Below are positions 21,214 through 30,916 of a stretch of DNA of 64,000 nucleotides, piece after piece. The position numbers were made by a program, and so were the translations under genes. The DNA comes from a virus. The notes beneath the pieces are model-generated. The model had not been told where the DNA came from and made no database searches. It worked only from the letters and a program-made list of their open reading frames with translations. The stretch spans positions 32,235-96,234 of IMG/VR virus record IMGVR_UViG_3300030118_003002; one strand, given 5' to 3'. Within the stretch, counting starts at the first letter, position 1. Each line of letters starts with the position of its first letter.

Positions 21214-21556
21214 TCGCTCCCATAACTCCTATGAAGTCATGCTTTAATCTCAAATATTCTAATCCTTCTGAAATTGTTGAAGTTATTAATTCTTCAACAT
21301 CTGAATTGTCTCCTCGAAAAACGACATTGATTTGCGTTCCTCTATATTGCCCTAAAGCATTTGCTAATTCCTCATTAATATATTCTTCAATCATTAACAT
21401 TACATGGTCATGGCCTTTATGCACTAACCTAAGAGTTAGTCCTTGTTGAATCATCATTAAATCTCTATTATCAACTTCTCCATAAACAAGATAAGTATAG
21501 GAAGTAACCCCTCCATACTCTTTAATCCATTCTTGGATATGTTCATCTTGAAGCAA
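21200..21556 (-). CDS. Hypothetical protein
   Basis: Operon position. Confidence 0.55.
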   Translation of the reverse strand: MLQDEHIQEWIKEYGGVTSYTYLVYGEVDNRDLMMIQQGLTLRLVHKGHDHVMLMIEEYINEELANALGQYRGTQINVVFRGDNSDVEELITSTISEGLEYLRLKHDFIGVMGANEYV

Positions 21557-21560
21557 ATAA

Positions 21561-22007
21561 TCACCTTTCCTTTACATAATCTTCCTGTGAAGGCCAATGC
21601 CCGTTAGGTTCTTGGGTGTGACTCAACTCCCACCAATACAAATGTTGCGCTGAAATCCTTTGGTGATTTTTAGCATTCGCATTATCTTCAGCCCACACTA
21701 CCATATCGGAAATAGCACTTTCTAACCATTCAGACAATAAACTAACAAAAGACCTACTGACCGGCATTTCAGTGCTATTATTAATCAATTGTTTAAGACT
21801 GATTCTAGAAGAGTATTTCTTCTTCTCCGGTTGTTTAGGTTCTATAAACTCACCATCTTCTGTAAAGTATGGAACAAGATGTTGAAGCATCTTTTTTGGT
21901 CTGCCTTGTTCGTGAAGAACATTTTTCAAATAAGCATATCCATCCTTTACATCAATGCAAGTATATGTCTCCATATCAATAACTGTCAATTGTCCTTTCT
22001 GTATCAT
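21561..22007 (-). CDS. Protein with C-terminal histone fold
   Basis: LKQLINNSTEMPVSRSFVSLLSEWLE...AEDNANAKNHQRISAQHL aligns by eye with the archaeal histone RVS...A...GRKTIKAED pattern. Confidence 0.6.
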   Translation of the reverse strand: MIQKGQLTVIDMETYTCIDVKDGYAYLKNVLHEQGRPKKMLQHLVPYFTEDGEFIEPKQPEKKKYSSRISLKQLINNSTEMPVSRSFVSLLSEWLESAISDMVVWAEDNANAKNHQRISAQHLYWWELSHTQEPNGHWPSQEDYVKER

Positions 22008-22441
22008 TCGGGTTCACTCCTTTGTGTTTGTTTTAACAGGTTCAAAATCAAATCATGGTCTGCACCATTTTCTAATTGAACAATAGCCATGTTAACAAAT
22101 GTCTTATGTCTAAGGATTTCTTGATGTTGTATATCTGCCTCTTTTATTTTAGCATGAATATTACGAAGGTCATCGTTCAATACAAAACCAGCCTCTTTAC
22201 TAATCTTCTTATCTATTTTTGCCCTTTGGAATGCAGCATCTTTGGGATATTTTTTGCCTATAATATCATATATTCTATGATGTAAATGTCTTAGTTTATT
22301 AATAGAAATCTTCATTCGTTTCTTGTATAACTCCAACATTCTTTCAGTTTGCCTTTTGTTTAACTGTTCTATTGAAAATATATTTCCCTTTTCATCTGCA
22401 ACATATTTATCATGCGGCTTTGCATATTCATCACCCATCAC
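22004..22441 (-). CDS. Hypothetical helical protein
   Basis: Coupled operon gene. Confidence 0.55.
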   Translation of the reverse strand: MMGDEYAKPHDKYVADEKGNIFSIEQLNKRQTERMLELYKKRMKISINKLRHLHHRIYDIIGKKYPKDAAFQRAKIDKKISKEAGFVLNDDLRNIHAKIKEADIQHQEILRHKTFVNMAIVQLENGADHDLILNLLKQTQRSEPE

Positions 22442-23967
22442 ACCATCTCCATTAAATCATCAAATGTATTAATATCTGCTACAAACTTATCATCTCTAAT
22501 TCTAACTAGTCTTGGAAACCTTAATCCCCAATTACCTTGAGCATCTTGTGAAATTAAATCAGCAGTTACTTCAAGGACAATTCTTGGAATAAAGTGATAA
22601 GTGCCATTAGAATGACTATCAATATTTCTTCTTAAATCATTTGTCAATCTAACTAACTGCGAATCACTGAAACCACTACCAATAGAACCTAAAGGAACAT
22701 AATCACCATGTTCACTTCTAACTCCCATAGCGAATGAAGCAAATACATTTGCCCTTCTTCCTTCACCATACTTTGCACTAAGAACAACTACATCTAGATT
22801 AATTCTAGGGGGTTTGTATTTAGCCCAACCAACGCTTCTTTTACCGGATTCATAAGGCAAAGAGGCATCCTTAACTATAATACCTTCAAAGCCGTCATTG
22901 ATTGCTCTATTGTAAAATGCTAAGGTATCTGTTCCTGTCATTCTATGTGCTTGGTCGGGTAATGTTTTAATCGCTATTAATCTATCAGAATACGGCAAGT
23001 CCATAATGGTGTCCTTACCAAACTTTAGACAATCGAAAATAACCCATTTTACTTTGACCCTTTCTCTTGCTTCTTCGTGATTCTTAGAATGGACTCTTGT
23101 TCCCATTAGTTTATGTTCAGCAGGTGAACCATCTTCATTGATAGGATATATTTCCCCATCAAGAATACAAGTGTGAACATTGTATTTTCTAACTTGTTCG
23201 ACTACATCTTGAAACTGCGGAGTAACAATATTTCCTTTGCGATTAAAGATAATTACACTATCTCCTTCTTTGTGAATCTGATACCTATTACCATCATATT
23301 TGTAATCAACGATTCTATTAACAGGCCATTTGTTCATAGGTATTTCTTTTGCTAACATAGGTGCTACAAAAGAACCATGTTCTAGATTAGTAGGTGGTTC
23401 AGAATTAGATTCATAATATCTTACCACATCAGAAATATTGTTAAAGTTACAATGCTTCTTAACTTCTGATACCTTCTTGTTGTAGTGCTTTGCTATTACT
23501 TTCTTAACAATACCACTGTTGATTCCGTTGCGTGGTGTCTTTAACCAATAACGGATAAACCAACGACATTCTAATGCGCTCATATTAATAATAGCGTGTT
23601 GTATAGTTTTGAAAGATTCAGTTTTGATACCATCACAATCCATAGAAAGCAAACTCAATACACTTGATAGCGGAGTTTGTTCTTTTGTTTCTGCTGATAT
23701 ATCCAAGTAATAGATAGCATCTCCTAAATCATCATGTGCTTTGTATTCGCTTTCTATTTCATCTTCAAAAACATCGTATATCTTAGCCATCCACTTTTTT
23801 GCTCTTGATAATCCTATGTTATTATTAGGATATTCTCTAGCCAAAATTGCGAATAGTGCTGGTTTATTCTTGAATGTTCCCACTTGTTCCGTTATCATCG
23901 AAACTTGTTGTGTTGGTGTTTTCTGGTCTGTGCTTTCTAATAGTCTCGCTAGTCTGTTCATTGTCAT
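22438..23967 (-). CDS. lig: ATP-dependent DNA ligase
   Basis: KYDGNR, LDGE, FDCL, EGIIVK, WAKYK, LRFPR. Confidence 0.95.
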   Translation of the reverse strand: MTMNRLARLLESTDQKTPTQQVSMITEQVGTFKNKPALFAILAREYPNNNIGLSRAKKWMAKIYDVFEDEIESEYKAHDDLGDAIYYLDISAETKEQTPLSSVLSLLSMDCDGIKTESFKTIQHAIINMSALECRWFIRYWLKTPRNGINSGIVKKVIAKHYNKKVSEVKKHCNFNNISDVVRYYESNSEPPTNLEHGSFVAPMLAKEIPMNKWPVNRIVDYKYDGNRYQIHKEGDSVIIFNRKGNIVTPQFQDVVEQVRKYNVHTCILDGEIYPINEDGSPAEHKLMGTRVHSKNHEEARERVKVKWVIFDCLKFGKDTIMDLPYSDRLIAIKTLPDQAHRMTGTDTLAFYNRAINDGFEGIIVKDASLPYESGKRSVGWAKYKPPRINLDVVVLSAKYGEGRRANVFASFAMGVRSEHGDYVPLGSIGSGFSDSQLVRLTNDLRRNIDSHSNGTYHFIPRIVLEVTADLISQDAQGNWGLRFPRLVRIRDDKFVADINTFDDLMEMV

Positions 23968-24083
23968 TTATAATCATCTCCATATTTTTATTTACTGTCT
24001 TAACCAATTCTTTTAGAAGGCGGCTAATTTTACCTTCGTGCTTTTCAGCATAAGTCCACATAGCATTTGCTAAGTAAATCCAT

Positions 24084-24452
24084 TCATTCTTCTTCATCAG
24101 AAGCCGCCCCTTGTTCTATACTATTCATCATTCTAACATAATTAATCATCATAGTCTGCATTACTGCTGACTCTTCATTTTTATTTTGTTCCATTAAACG
24201 ATGTAGCATATGAATCATCGAGGCTTGACTGATAGCAGGTGCTAATCTAGCCAAATTGTCGGAATTAAACATTTCCCAATACATCACAAATGATGCTCTT
24301 GGTAAGAACATACCATTCCTAACTACGGCATAATTGCTCTCAAAATGACCCAATGCCGCAGGGTTGTTCTTAATTTTCTTTTTCATGGCTTTTGCCCATT
24401 CAATAAATCTTTTATCATTCGTTACATCTAAAAATATCTTATTCAAATTCAT
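24084..24452 (-). CDS. Hypothetical protein
   Basis: Coupled operon gene. Confidence 0.55.
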   Translation of the reverse strand: MNLNKIFLDVTNDKRFIEWAKAMKKKIKNNPAALGHFESNYAVVRNGMFLPRASFVMYWEMFNSDNLARLAPAISQASMIHMLHRLMEQNKNEESAVMQTMMINYVRMMNSIEQGAASDEEE

Positions 24453-24730
24453 TCTTCTTCATCTCCAAATAGTCTATTCAATAATAATAATTTCAACATA
24501 TGTCCTTGAAACTTACTCCAAGATTTATCAATATGTTCCTTAGTTACTCTCGAACCCCTTCCTTCACCCGCACCAACGGGCATTTCTAATTCTATGAATG
24601 CAGACCATAAATCAATCAATTCAGTTGAATATCTTCTATGTCTATCTAAAGCACCCATTTCAAATTGCCTATGCTTATTCGCTTTTCTAACGCTCGCTTT
24701 CGCTTGCACTTCACTAATTCTAAATTTCAT
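24449..24730 (-). CDS. Hypothetical protein
   Basis: Coupled operon gene. Confidence 0.55.
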   Translation of the reverse strand: MKFRISEVQAKASVRKANKHRQFEMGALDRHRRYSTELIDLWSAFIELEMPVGAGEGRGSRVTKEHIDKSWSKFQGHMLKLLLLNRLFGDEEE

Positions 24731-24924
24731 TCTAATTCCCTCTTTAATATGTTCAGTAATGTTTTGGCTTCCTCTATATTTAGACGAATACCTTTTGTTG
24801 GTTTGTCATTCTTATACCATCTAATATCCATAACTTCTATGTTCCAATAAATTCCTCTTTTAACAAGAACTTCATCATTGGCATTTCTAACAATTCTTCC
24901 TTTTATTTCCATTGGTTCACTCAC
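24727..24924 (-). CDS. PC4-like ssDNA-binding/transcription cofactor
   Basis: VMDIRWY...PTKGIRLNIEE matches the PC4 DIR..Y...PTxKGI.L motif. Confidence 0.75.
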   Translation of the reverse strand: MSEPMEIKGRIVRNANDEVLVKRGIYWNIEVMDIRWYKNDKPTKGIRLNIEEAKTLLNILKRELE

Positions 24925-25324
24925 TAAACCATCCCTCCTTGAATTTCTCTAACTCCTTTCTTGAAGTAAAGTATCTCGGTGTATCTAATTCATCTAAACG
25001 ATTAACAACCCAACAAGCACCACCTAAAGATGATACCTGAACTATTTCATATTGGCCTTCATTTATTTCAATGACCTCGATAGTATTCACTTCGGGAACT
25101 AAGCCATAATTTCTAGTTATTTCGTTAGCAACATCATGTATATTCTCAATGACATATTTGATAATATGCGCTCTTTGAATCGGTATCTTTGGTGCTACTT
25201 GAATAGATAACTTTCCGGTCATTTTACAAACCTTACACTTATTACCTTCACAAATAGGACATTTAACCTCTGCCGCATGAGGAGCAGGTAAAGTTACAGT
25301 TACGGCTCTTTTCTTCATATTCAT
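24917..25324 (-). CDS. Protein with DnaJ-like CxxCxG zinc motifs
   Basis: CPICEG...CKVCKMTG. Confidence 0.55.
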   Translation of the reverse strand: MNMKKRAVTVTLPAPHAAEVKCPICEGNKCKVCKMTGKLSIQVAPKIPIQRAHIIKYVIENIHDVANEITRNYGLVPEVNTIEVIEINEGQYEIVQVSSLGGACWVVNRLDELDTPRYFTSRKELEKFKEGWFSE

Positions 25325-26838
25325 TCCTCTCTCAAAACTGCTACTTCGGTAGTTAGGAAAAGTTTTGCTATTGACATAGCCGCAAGGAAACTGTTTCTAG
25401 TTACCTTTACAGGGTCAACAATACCCAATTCAAACATATTTCCCACTTCACCTGTCATAGCATTTATTGATTCATTTGTTTCTAAAGGAAGATAATGCAA
25501 ATCATCAACACTACTGTTATCACATAAAGTAATAAACGGTGCAATTAACGATTCATACACTACATGATGACCCTTCTTTGCTACATCTAAAGAATCTCTA
25601 GCATTAAGAAGTGCCTTACCTCCACCAATAACAATACCTTCGTCAAGTGCTGCTTTAGTAGCATTAAGCGCATCATCTAATCTTTCTTTAGTTTCACGCA
25701 TTTCCATTTGTGAAGATGCACCAACTTGAATAGTAGCAATACCGCCATTCAATCTTGCTATCCGCTTTTTGTATCGCATCTTGTCATACTTGTCATCTGT
25801 TGATTCATACAACTCTTTCAATGAAAATACTTTGTGCTTCTTAGAATCTGAATCAGCATTACCTCCACCGATGATAACTGTATTATCTTTTGAAATAATT
25901 ACTCTATCAGCAGTTCCCAATTCATCTAAAGTAGCCATTGAAGGTTCATCTTCGCTTTCTTCGTTAAACATTTTACCGCCACAAACAGTTACAATATCGT
26001 CTAACTCATCTAATTGAGCATCACCGAAGTTTGGTGCTTTTACCACTGCTACTTCAATTGTCTTTTGAAGAACATTCATAATTACATTACTTAGTGCAGT
26101 GCCTTCCATACCACGACAAATGATTACCAATGGTTTCTTATTCTTAGCACATAATTCTAGCAACGGAAGTATTTCTTGAAAGTGTCTAATGTTCAGGTTA
26201 GATGAAAAGATAACGGGATTATCAAAGGTTACTTTGCCGTCTTCTCCATTACACATCATATGACTTAGATAGCCTTCATCAAACTCTAAACCGCTTCTTG
26301 TGACTATTTGTGTTTTATGAGTTTTAGATTCTTCAACAGTGATGATACCATCACGCCCTACCGCACTGATAGCCTCTTGAATTAGAGAACCTAACTCATC
26401 ATCATTATTAGCCGCAATAGTAGCAACATTCAGAATATCATCATCAAGAATAGGTATTGCGTTATCTATTAGATAAGAAGCAATAATTTCTTGAGCCTCT
26501 TGTAATTCATTTTGAAGCACTCTAATGTTATAATTCTCTTGTTTCTGAATATTCTCAACAAGTGCTTGAGCAATAATACAAGCAGTTGTTGTTCCATCGC
26601 CAGAATTATCTTGTGCTTTGCTTGCTAAGTTTTGCACCATTTGGACTCCCATTTGAACATAAGGGTCATTACTTGATACATACTTAGTAATTGTAACTCC
26701 GTCATTAATTATAACAGGAGGATTACCTTGCAAAATAACTGTTTTTGCTTGTGGCCCTAATGTTGGTTTAACGGTATTTGCTACTAAATCAATTCCTTCT
26801 TTCAATTTCTGTTTTACTTCTTCTCCATTAATTATCAT
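25321..26838 (-). CDS. groEL: Group I chaperonin GroEL-like
   Basis: TLGP, NDGVTI, GDGTTT, KAPNFGD, GIVIGGG, GIVDP. Confidence 0.93.
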   Translation of the reverse strand: MIINGEEVKQKLKEGIDLVANTVKPTLGPQAKTVILQGNPPVIINDGVTITKYVSSNDPYVQMGVQMVQNLASKAQDNSGDGTTTACIIAQALVENIQKQENYNIRVLQNELQEAQEIIASYLIDNAIPILDDDILNVATIAANNDDELGSLIQEAISAVGRDGIITVEESKTHKTQIVTRSGLEFDEGYLSHMMCNGEDGKVTFDNPVIFSSNLNIRHFQEILPLLELCAKNKKPLVIICRGMEGTALSNVIMNVLQKTIEVAVVKAPNFGDAQLDELDDIVTVCGGKMFNEESEDEPSMATLDELGTADRVIISKDNTVIIGGGNADSDSKKHKVFSLKELYESTDDKYDKMRYKKRIARLNGGIATIQVGASSQMEMRETKERLDDALNATKAALDEGIVIGGGKALLNARDSLDVAKKGHHVVYESLIAPFITLCDNSSVDDLHYLPLETNESINAMTGEVGNMFELGIVDPVKVTRNSFLAAMSIAKLFLTTEVAVLREE

Positions 26839-26983
26839 TATAATCTCTCCAATCCATAATATCCTTCTTCTTGAACAGGCATAGCATTAAAGTTAGCCCA
26901 GCATTTTTCGCTACAAAAATATCTCCAACCGGTAGCACCAAACGCTTTGTATCTAATTGCACTTTGTCCACAATTATCACACA

Positions 26984-27199
26984 TTATACCACCGCCAAAA
27001 TAAACTCATAGGGAATAAACAGAATATCGTTCTGCCTTGTATATTCTCTTTTATCATTAAAAAGAACAACCTTATCTCTAAGGCTGGTATCAACCTTACA
27101 ATCTATTACTCTCCCTTGATTAGCGGCTTTAGTCAAAATACCGCTTTCGCTTTTTGTTTCTTCTATTTTCACAATTACATATTCTCCTACTGCTTTCAT
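26984..27199 (-). CDS. groES: GroES-like co-chaperonin
   Basis: MKAVGEYVIVK...SESGIL...GRVI...DKVVLF...ILAVV. Confidence 0.8.
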   Translation of the reverse strand: MKAVGEYVIVKIEETKSESGILTKAANQGRVIDCKVDTSLRDKVVLFNDKREYTRQNDILFIPYEFILAVV

Positions 27200-27371
27200 T
27201 CCGCATCACCTAAAGGGGTTATTTCAAATGGCAACTGCCAAATTGTTTTTGTTCTGTTATTTAGCAAAAACTGAATAGCGTCATATTCATCTTGATGATG
27301 TTGACTATTCTCTCTCATAATATCCAAATAACTTATTATTTCATCTAATACTTCTGCCTTTATTTTTGTAT

Positions 27372-27644
27372 TCATTCTTCTTCACCTTTGAATTTATTAT
27401 TTCTCGCCACTTGGCAACATACTCTAATTTTCTGTGTTGACTGCAATCCCCAAAAAGAACCTTCATCCCAGCCGAACTTAAATTCAACATAATTACATAA
27501 TTCTCTTCTTGTCATTCTTTGAAAATCATCATCAATCTTAATACCTAAGATTTTATCATTATCTTCATACTTTACAAACTTGTCTAATGTAACATAAACA
27601 AGACCCATAAACCATATTGTCTTTTTAAGCATCCATTGTATCAT
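27372..27644 (-). CDS. Hypothetical protein
   Basis: Coupled operon gene. Confidence 0.5.
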   Translation of the reverse strand: MIQWMLKKTIWFMGLVYVTLDKFVKYEDNDKILGIKIDDDFQRMTRRELCNYVEFKFGWDEGSFWGLQSTQKIRVCCQVARNNKFKGEEE

Positions 27645-27955
27645 TCTTCTTCACCACTGATGTTAACCCATCCCTTATTCATATCAGCATCAATATATGT
27701 CCAAATATGATTCTTATGGAATTCCATTAAGTCTTTGTAAGAATTACCTTTCTTACCCCAATAAACTCCCTTCTTTGGATTAGTAGTATTTTTATCATTA
27801 GGGTGTTTTGACATATGCCTTCGCTTTCTTTCACTTAGAGTTATTCTAGTGACTGCCTTAGCATCCGATTCGCCATATTGTGTTTCTTTATTGAACGGCT
27901 TTCCTTTGTATTGTCTAATTGCATTATTTCCACTTTTAATTTTTCTAAATCTCAT
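27641..27955 (-). CDS. Hypothetical basic protein
   Basis: Coupled operon gene. Confidence 0.5.
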   Translation of the reverse strand: MRFRKIKSGNNAIRQYKGKPFNKETQYGESDAKAVTRITLSERKRRHMSKHPNDKNTTNPKKGVYWGKKGNSYKDLMEFHKNHIWTYIDADMNKGWVNISGEEE

Positions 27956-28497
27956 TCTTCTTCATCTCCTTTTCTAACCCAAACTTGGGTTCTTTCATAT
28001 TCATGGTTACGGTATATATCTAATAGATAAGGTTCTTTTTGACTCCAAGAACCATAATGCCCATCTCCACCTAACACATAAGCAGTCTTCATTAATGGTT
28101 GCCAAATACTAACTGTTCTAATATCAGTTCCACTGAAATAAGCACTACCGAATGGGTGTGTGTGAATCCAGCACTTAATCGGCAATTTCATTCCAACAGG
28201 GTCAATTTGAAAATCAACATAACCGGCTGAACCTGACGAAATATGAATAGCATCATTAGAATCAATAACAACTTGAACCTCTAAACCATTCAGTATTTCT
28301 GTTGAAGCAAACCAAATATGTTCAAATAAATCTTTTATTTCCATACCTTGTTTATAATAAGCATCAATATGATTCTCCGCTTCTGCTCTTGCTATTTCTA
28401 AATCAGTTTCTAAATCAACCTTACAATCACACTTACCACCATAATATACTAAATTACCACAATCCATGCACTGTTCCGCACTCCAATTTTTTCCCAT
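27952..28497 (-). CDS. JAB/MPN+ (JAMM) metallo-isopeptidase
   Basis: Catalytic E (GLEV) followed by WIHTHPFGSAYFSGTD = HxH-x7-S-x2-D. Confidence 0.85.
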   Translation of the reverse strand: MGKNWSAEQCMDCGNLVYYGGKCDCKVDLETDLEIARAEAENHIDAYYKQGMEIKDLFEHIWFASTEILNGLEVQVVIDSNDAIHISSGSAGYVDFQIDPVGMKLPIKCWIHTHPFGSAYFSGTDIRTVSIWQPLMKTAYVLGGDGHYGSWSQKEPYLLDIYRNHEYERTQVWVRKGDEEE

Positions 28498-29580
28498 TTA
28501 TTTCATCTCCATTTTCTTTAATTTTCTTTGGGTCTTTGCTAATTTCTTCTCTAACCGCTTTTGCTTTTTAGCGTTTCTCTTATCTCTCCAACGCTTCCTA
28601 AGCGAAGGTTTTCTTTCTGCTAACTTATTAGCCTCTAACTGTTTCTTGATACCTGCGGCCTCCATAAGCAACGATTTACTTTCAGCATATGTAAAGTCAA
28701 AATGCTTCTCGATATGTTTTGCTATTACCCAATATGGGCGACCAAACTTTTCTCTCGCATCATCAATTGACATAGAATGCCACATTACCAACGCTTCTAA
28801 TGATTCATCATATGTCCAAGGTTTGTTAGTATTAGGATATTCAATACTTTCATTATTCAAGCGAGTCCAATTTTTAGGTAATTTTCTTGTCGCTGACTCA
28901 GGTGCTTCGTGAGAGAATAATGTTCTCTCCGTAGGTATTTCATTTTGAAGAGTATATGTGCCATTCTTTCTAACTGTCTTAATAGAAGGCGTTAGATGTT
29001 TTAGGCTTCTTAACCATCTTTCACGACACGCTCTATGTGTTCTATTCAAATTAGGAGGAAAGCCTTGTTCTCCATCTTTATGTTCATTCATCCAATTAAC
29101 CAAAAGAGCATCTTCTTTTGGAGTCCAACGGGTTGAATTACCACTGTATAACAAGTTGGTATTATTCTTCGCTTTAACATTAAAAGATTGAGTCTCTAAT
29201 AGTGTAGTCTCTAATAGTTTAATCTGCTCATTAGCGGCCTCTTTATCGAATTCGCCACGCTTTGAGGCTTCTATTAACTCATTTGTTAATTTAGTAATTT
29301 CGCTAGTTTTAGCGTCAGGCAGTGTCATAGAAGCAATATACTTGCATTGTTTTCTTGTGGCAGGGTCACTTCTCCAATCACTTGTTTTAGGTTCATCATC
29401 AAAAGATATGTTATATTGATTGATACATCTTCTAATAGTAGCACCATAATTATCCACTGTTCTATCAGGATAGCCTTCTTTATCCATTTGAGCCTTAATT
29501 TCAGGCCAAGTTCTTTTTTCCACTAAACGCAAATATGCGCCTCTCATTATTTGTTCTGTTGTCCATTTCTCTCCTTTCAT
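28498..29580 (-). CDS. Myb/SANT-like repeat protein
   Basis: RWTPKEDALL...NRTHRACRERW; weaker repeats KWTTEQ...RTWPEI and PWTYDES. Confidence 0.6.
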   Translation of the reverse strand: MKGEKWTTEQIMRGAYLRLVEKRTWPEIKAQMDKEGYPDRTVDNYGATIRRCINQYNISFDDEPKTSDWRSDPATRKQCKYIASMTLPDAKTSEITKLTNELIEASKRGEFDKEAANEQIKLLETTLLETQSFNVKAKNNTNLLYSGNSTRWTPKEDALLVNWMNEHKDGEQGFPPNLNRTHRACRERWLRSLKHLTPSIKTVRKNGTYTLQNEIPTERTLFSHEAPESATRKLPKNWTRLNNESIEYPNTNKPWTYDESLEALVMWHSMSIDDAREKFGRPYWVIAKHIEKHFDFTYAESKSLLMEAAGIKKQLEANKLAERKPSLRKRWRDKRNAKKQKRLEKKLAKTQRKLKKMEMK

Positions 29581-29591
29581 TTTTATTCCTC

Positions 29592-30152
29592 CTATACATT
29601 AATTACCATAAAGGATTTTACATCTTCTTTGTTAAACCATCTTTGAATCCATTGTGCGCCAATACCTGCAATAACAACTTGCATGAAATGAACGCCACTA
29701 TTACTTCCATCCCATGAATCTCCTTGACAAGAAAATGAACCATCTGGCCCTGCTAATAAAGAATCATACATTTTAGGGTCTGCATCAGAAGTAACAAAAG
29801 CCCCATTACGACCTTGCGCTCTTAAATCCAACCATTTAATATTTGAATTATACAATGTTCTTCTAACTGATAAATTATCAACACAACATACAACTAAATC
29901 ATATCCTTGCATTTGTTTAGCAGTTAGGATAGGAAACTTGCTTGCATTATTAACACTATTATATCGAGCATTCATCCTACTTACTTTGTGAAAATTAACA
30001 TCTTCTTCTGTAAAGTTTTGATATGTTAAATTCTTAGTTTCGACCTTATCGGGGTCTGCTACTGAAATATCATACATTCCTACTTTATCTAATAGTGGCA
30101 CTAGGAAACTCCCAATACCACCTACTCCTATAATCAATATTTTTCTTTTCAT
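29592..30152 (-). CDS. ThiF/MoeB-family E1-like Ubl-activating enzyme
   Basis: IIGVGGIGS, DPDKVETKNLTYQ, DLVVCCVDN..R, WLD, SFSCQ; start 30152 forms an ATGA overlap. Confidence 0.88.
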   Translation of the reverse strand: MKRKILIIGVGGIGSFLVPLLDKVGMYDISVADPDKVETKNLTYQNFTEEDVNFHKVSRMNARYNSVNNASKFPILTAKQMQGYDLVVCCVDNLSVRRTLYNSNIKWLDLRAQGRNGAFVTSDADPKMYDSLLAGPDGSFSCQGDSWDGSNSGVHFMQVVIAGIGAQWIQRWFNKEDVKSFMVINV

Positions 30153-30784
30153 TCTAATCTCTCCAATTTTGCATTCCATTTTTTATTATAATTATCTATT
30201 TCTTCGTTGTATTTGTTTTTGTAGTGGTCTTTAGGCCACCACTTTGGCATTCTTTTTGCCCTCCATTCAGCAAACCTCCATTTACCTTGAAGGTAATAGT
30301 GTCTGTAACTATTAATTACGAAGTCCCAATCGGGAATCCTGTTATCTTTAACTAATCTATACTTATCATCCATAGCAATAGTTACAGGTGTAGCAAACGA
30401 CCAATTAGAATCTTCATCAATCGTATATGCTATATCTAGTATTCTAGATTGCGAACCATGAACCTTACCGTAGCGATAGGTATATTCTTCACATAATGCT
30501 TTACCATGTTCATATAACCATCGAGTATTATGAGGGTTCTGTCTAGCCCATATTGTTGAAGGATGATTCAACATAGCAGGTTTCATTAGTCTTGAATTAA
30601 TATCTCTATGAAACTGCTTTACTTGTGCTAAAGTAGGTTCTTCACCATAATGTTCAATGTAGTCAAAATACAAAACATTTGTATGTAACATTTGACAAGT
30701 TTCCGTTGGCATTTTAACTATGTGTTTGTCTAACATTTCTAGTGCCGCTTCTTGCGGATTTCTTGATAGTGCAAATATATTCAC
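30149..30784 (-). CDS. Pyrimidine-dimer DNA glycosylase (DenV)-like protein
   Basis: MNIFAL...DKHIVKMPTETCQML, NHPSTIW, EEYTYRYGKVH. Confidence 0.75.
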   Translation of the reverse strand: MNIFALSRNPQEAALEMLDKHIVKMPTETCQMLHTNVLYFDYIEHYGEEPTLAQVKQFHRDINSRLMKPAMLNHPSTIWARQNPHNTRWLYEHGKALCEEYTYRYGKVHGSQSRILDIAYTIDEDSNWSFATPVTIAMDDKYRLVKDNRIPDWDFVINSYRHYYLQGKWRFAEWRAKRMPKWWPKDHYKNKYNEEIDNYNKKWNAKLERLE

Positions 30785-30916
30785 TTAAATTTCCTCCTTG
30801 CTTCTTCAAATATATTATAGTGGTCTTTACGACCAGAAATAATTTGCTTTTTGCAATATTCCTTTCTTTTATTATTAGTAGTCACATAAGTATTTAGAAA
30901 ATCCTTTTTCCAATAT

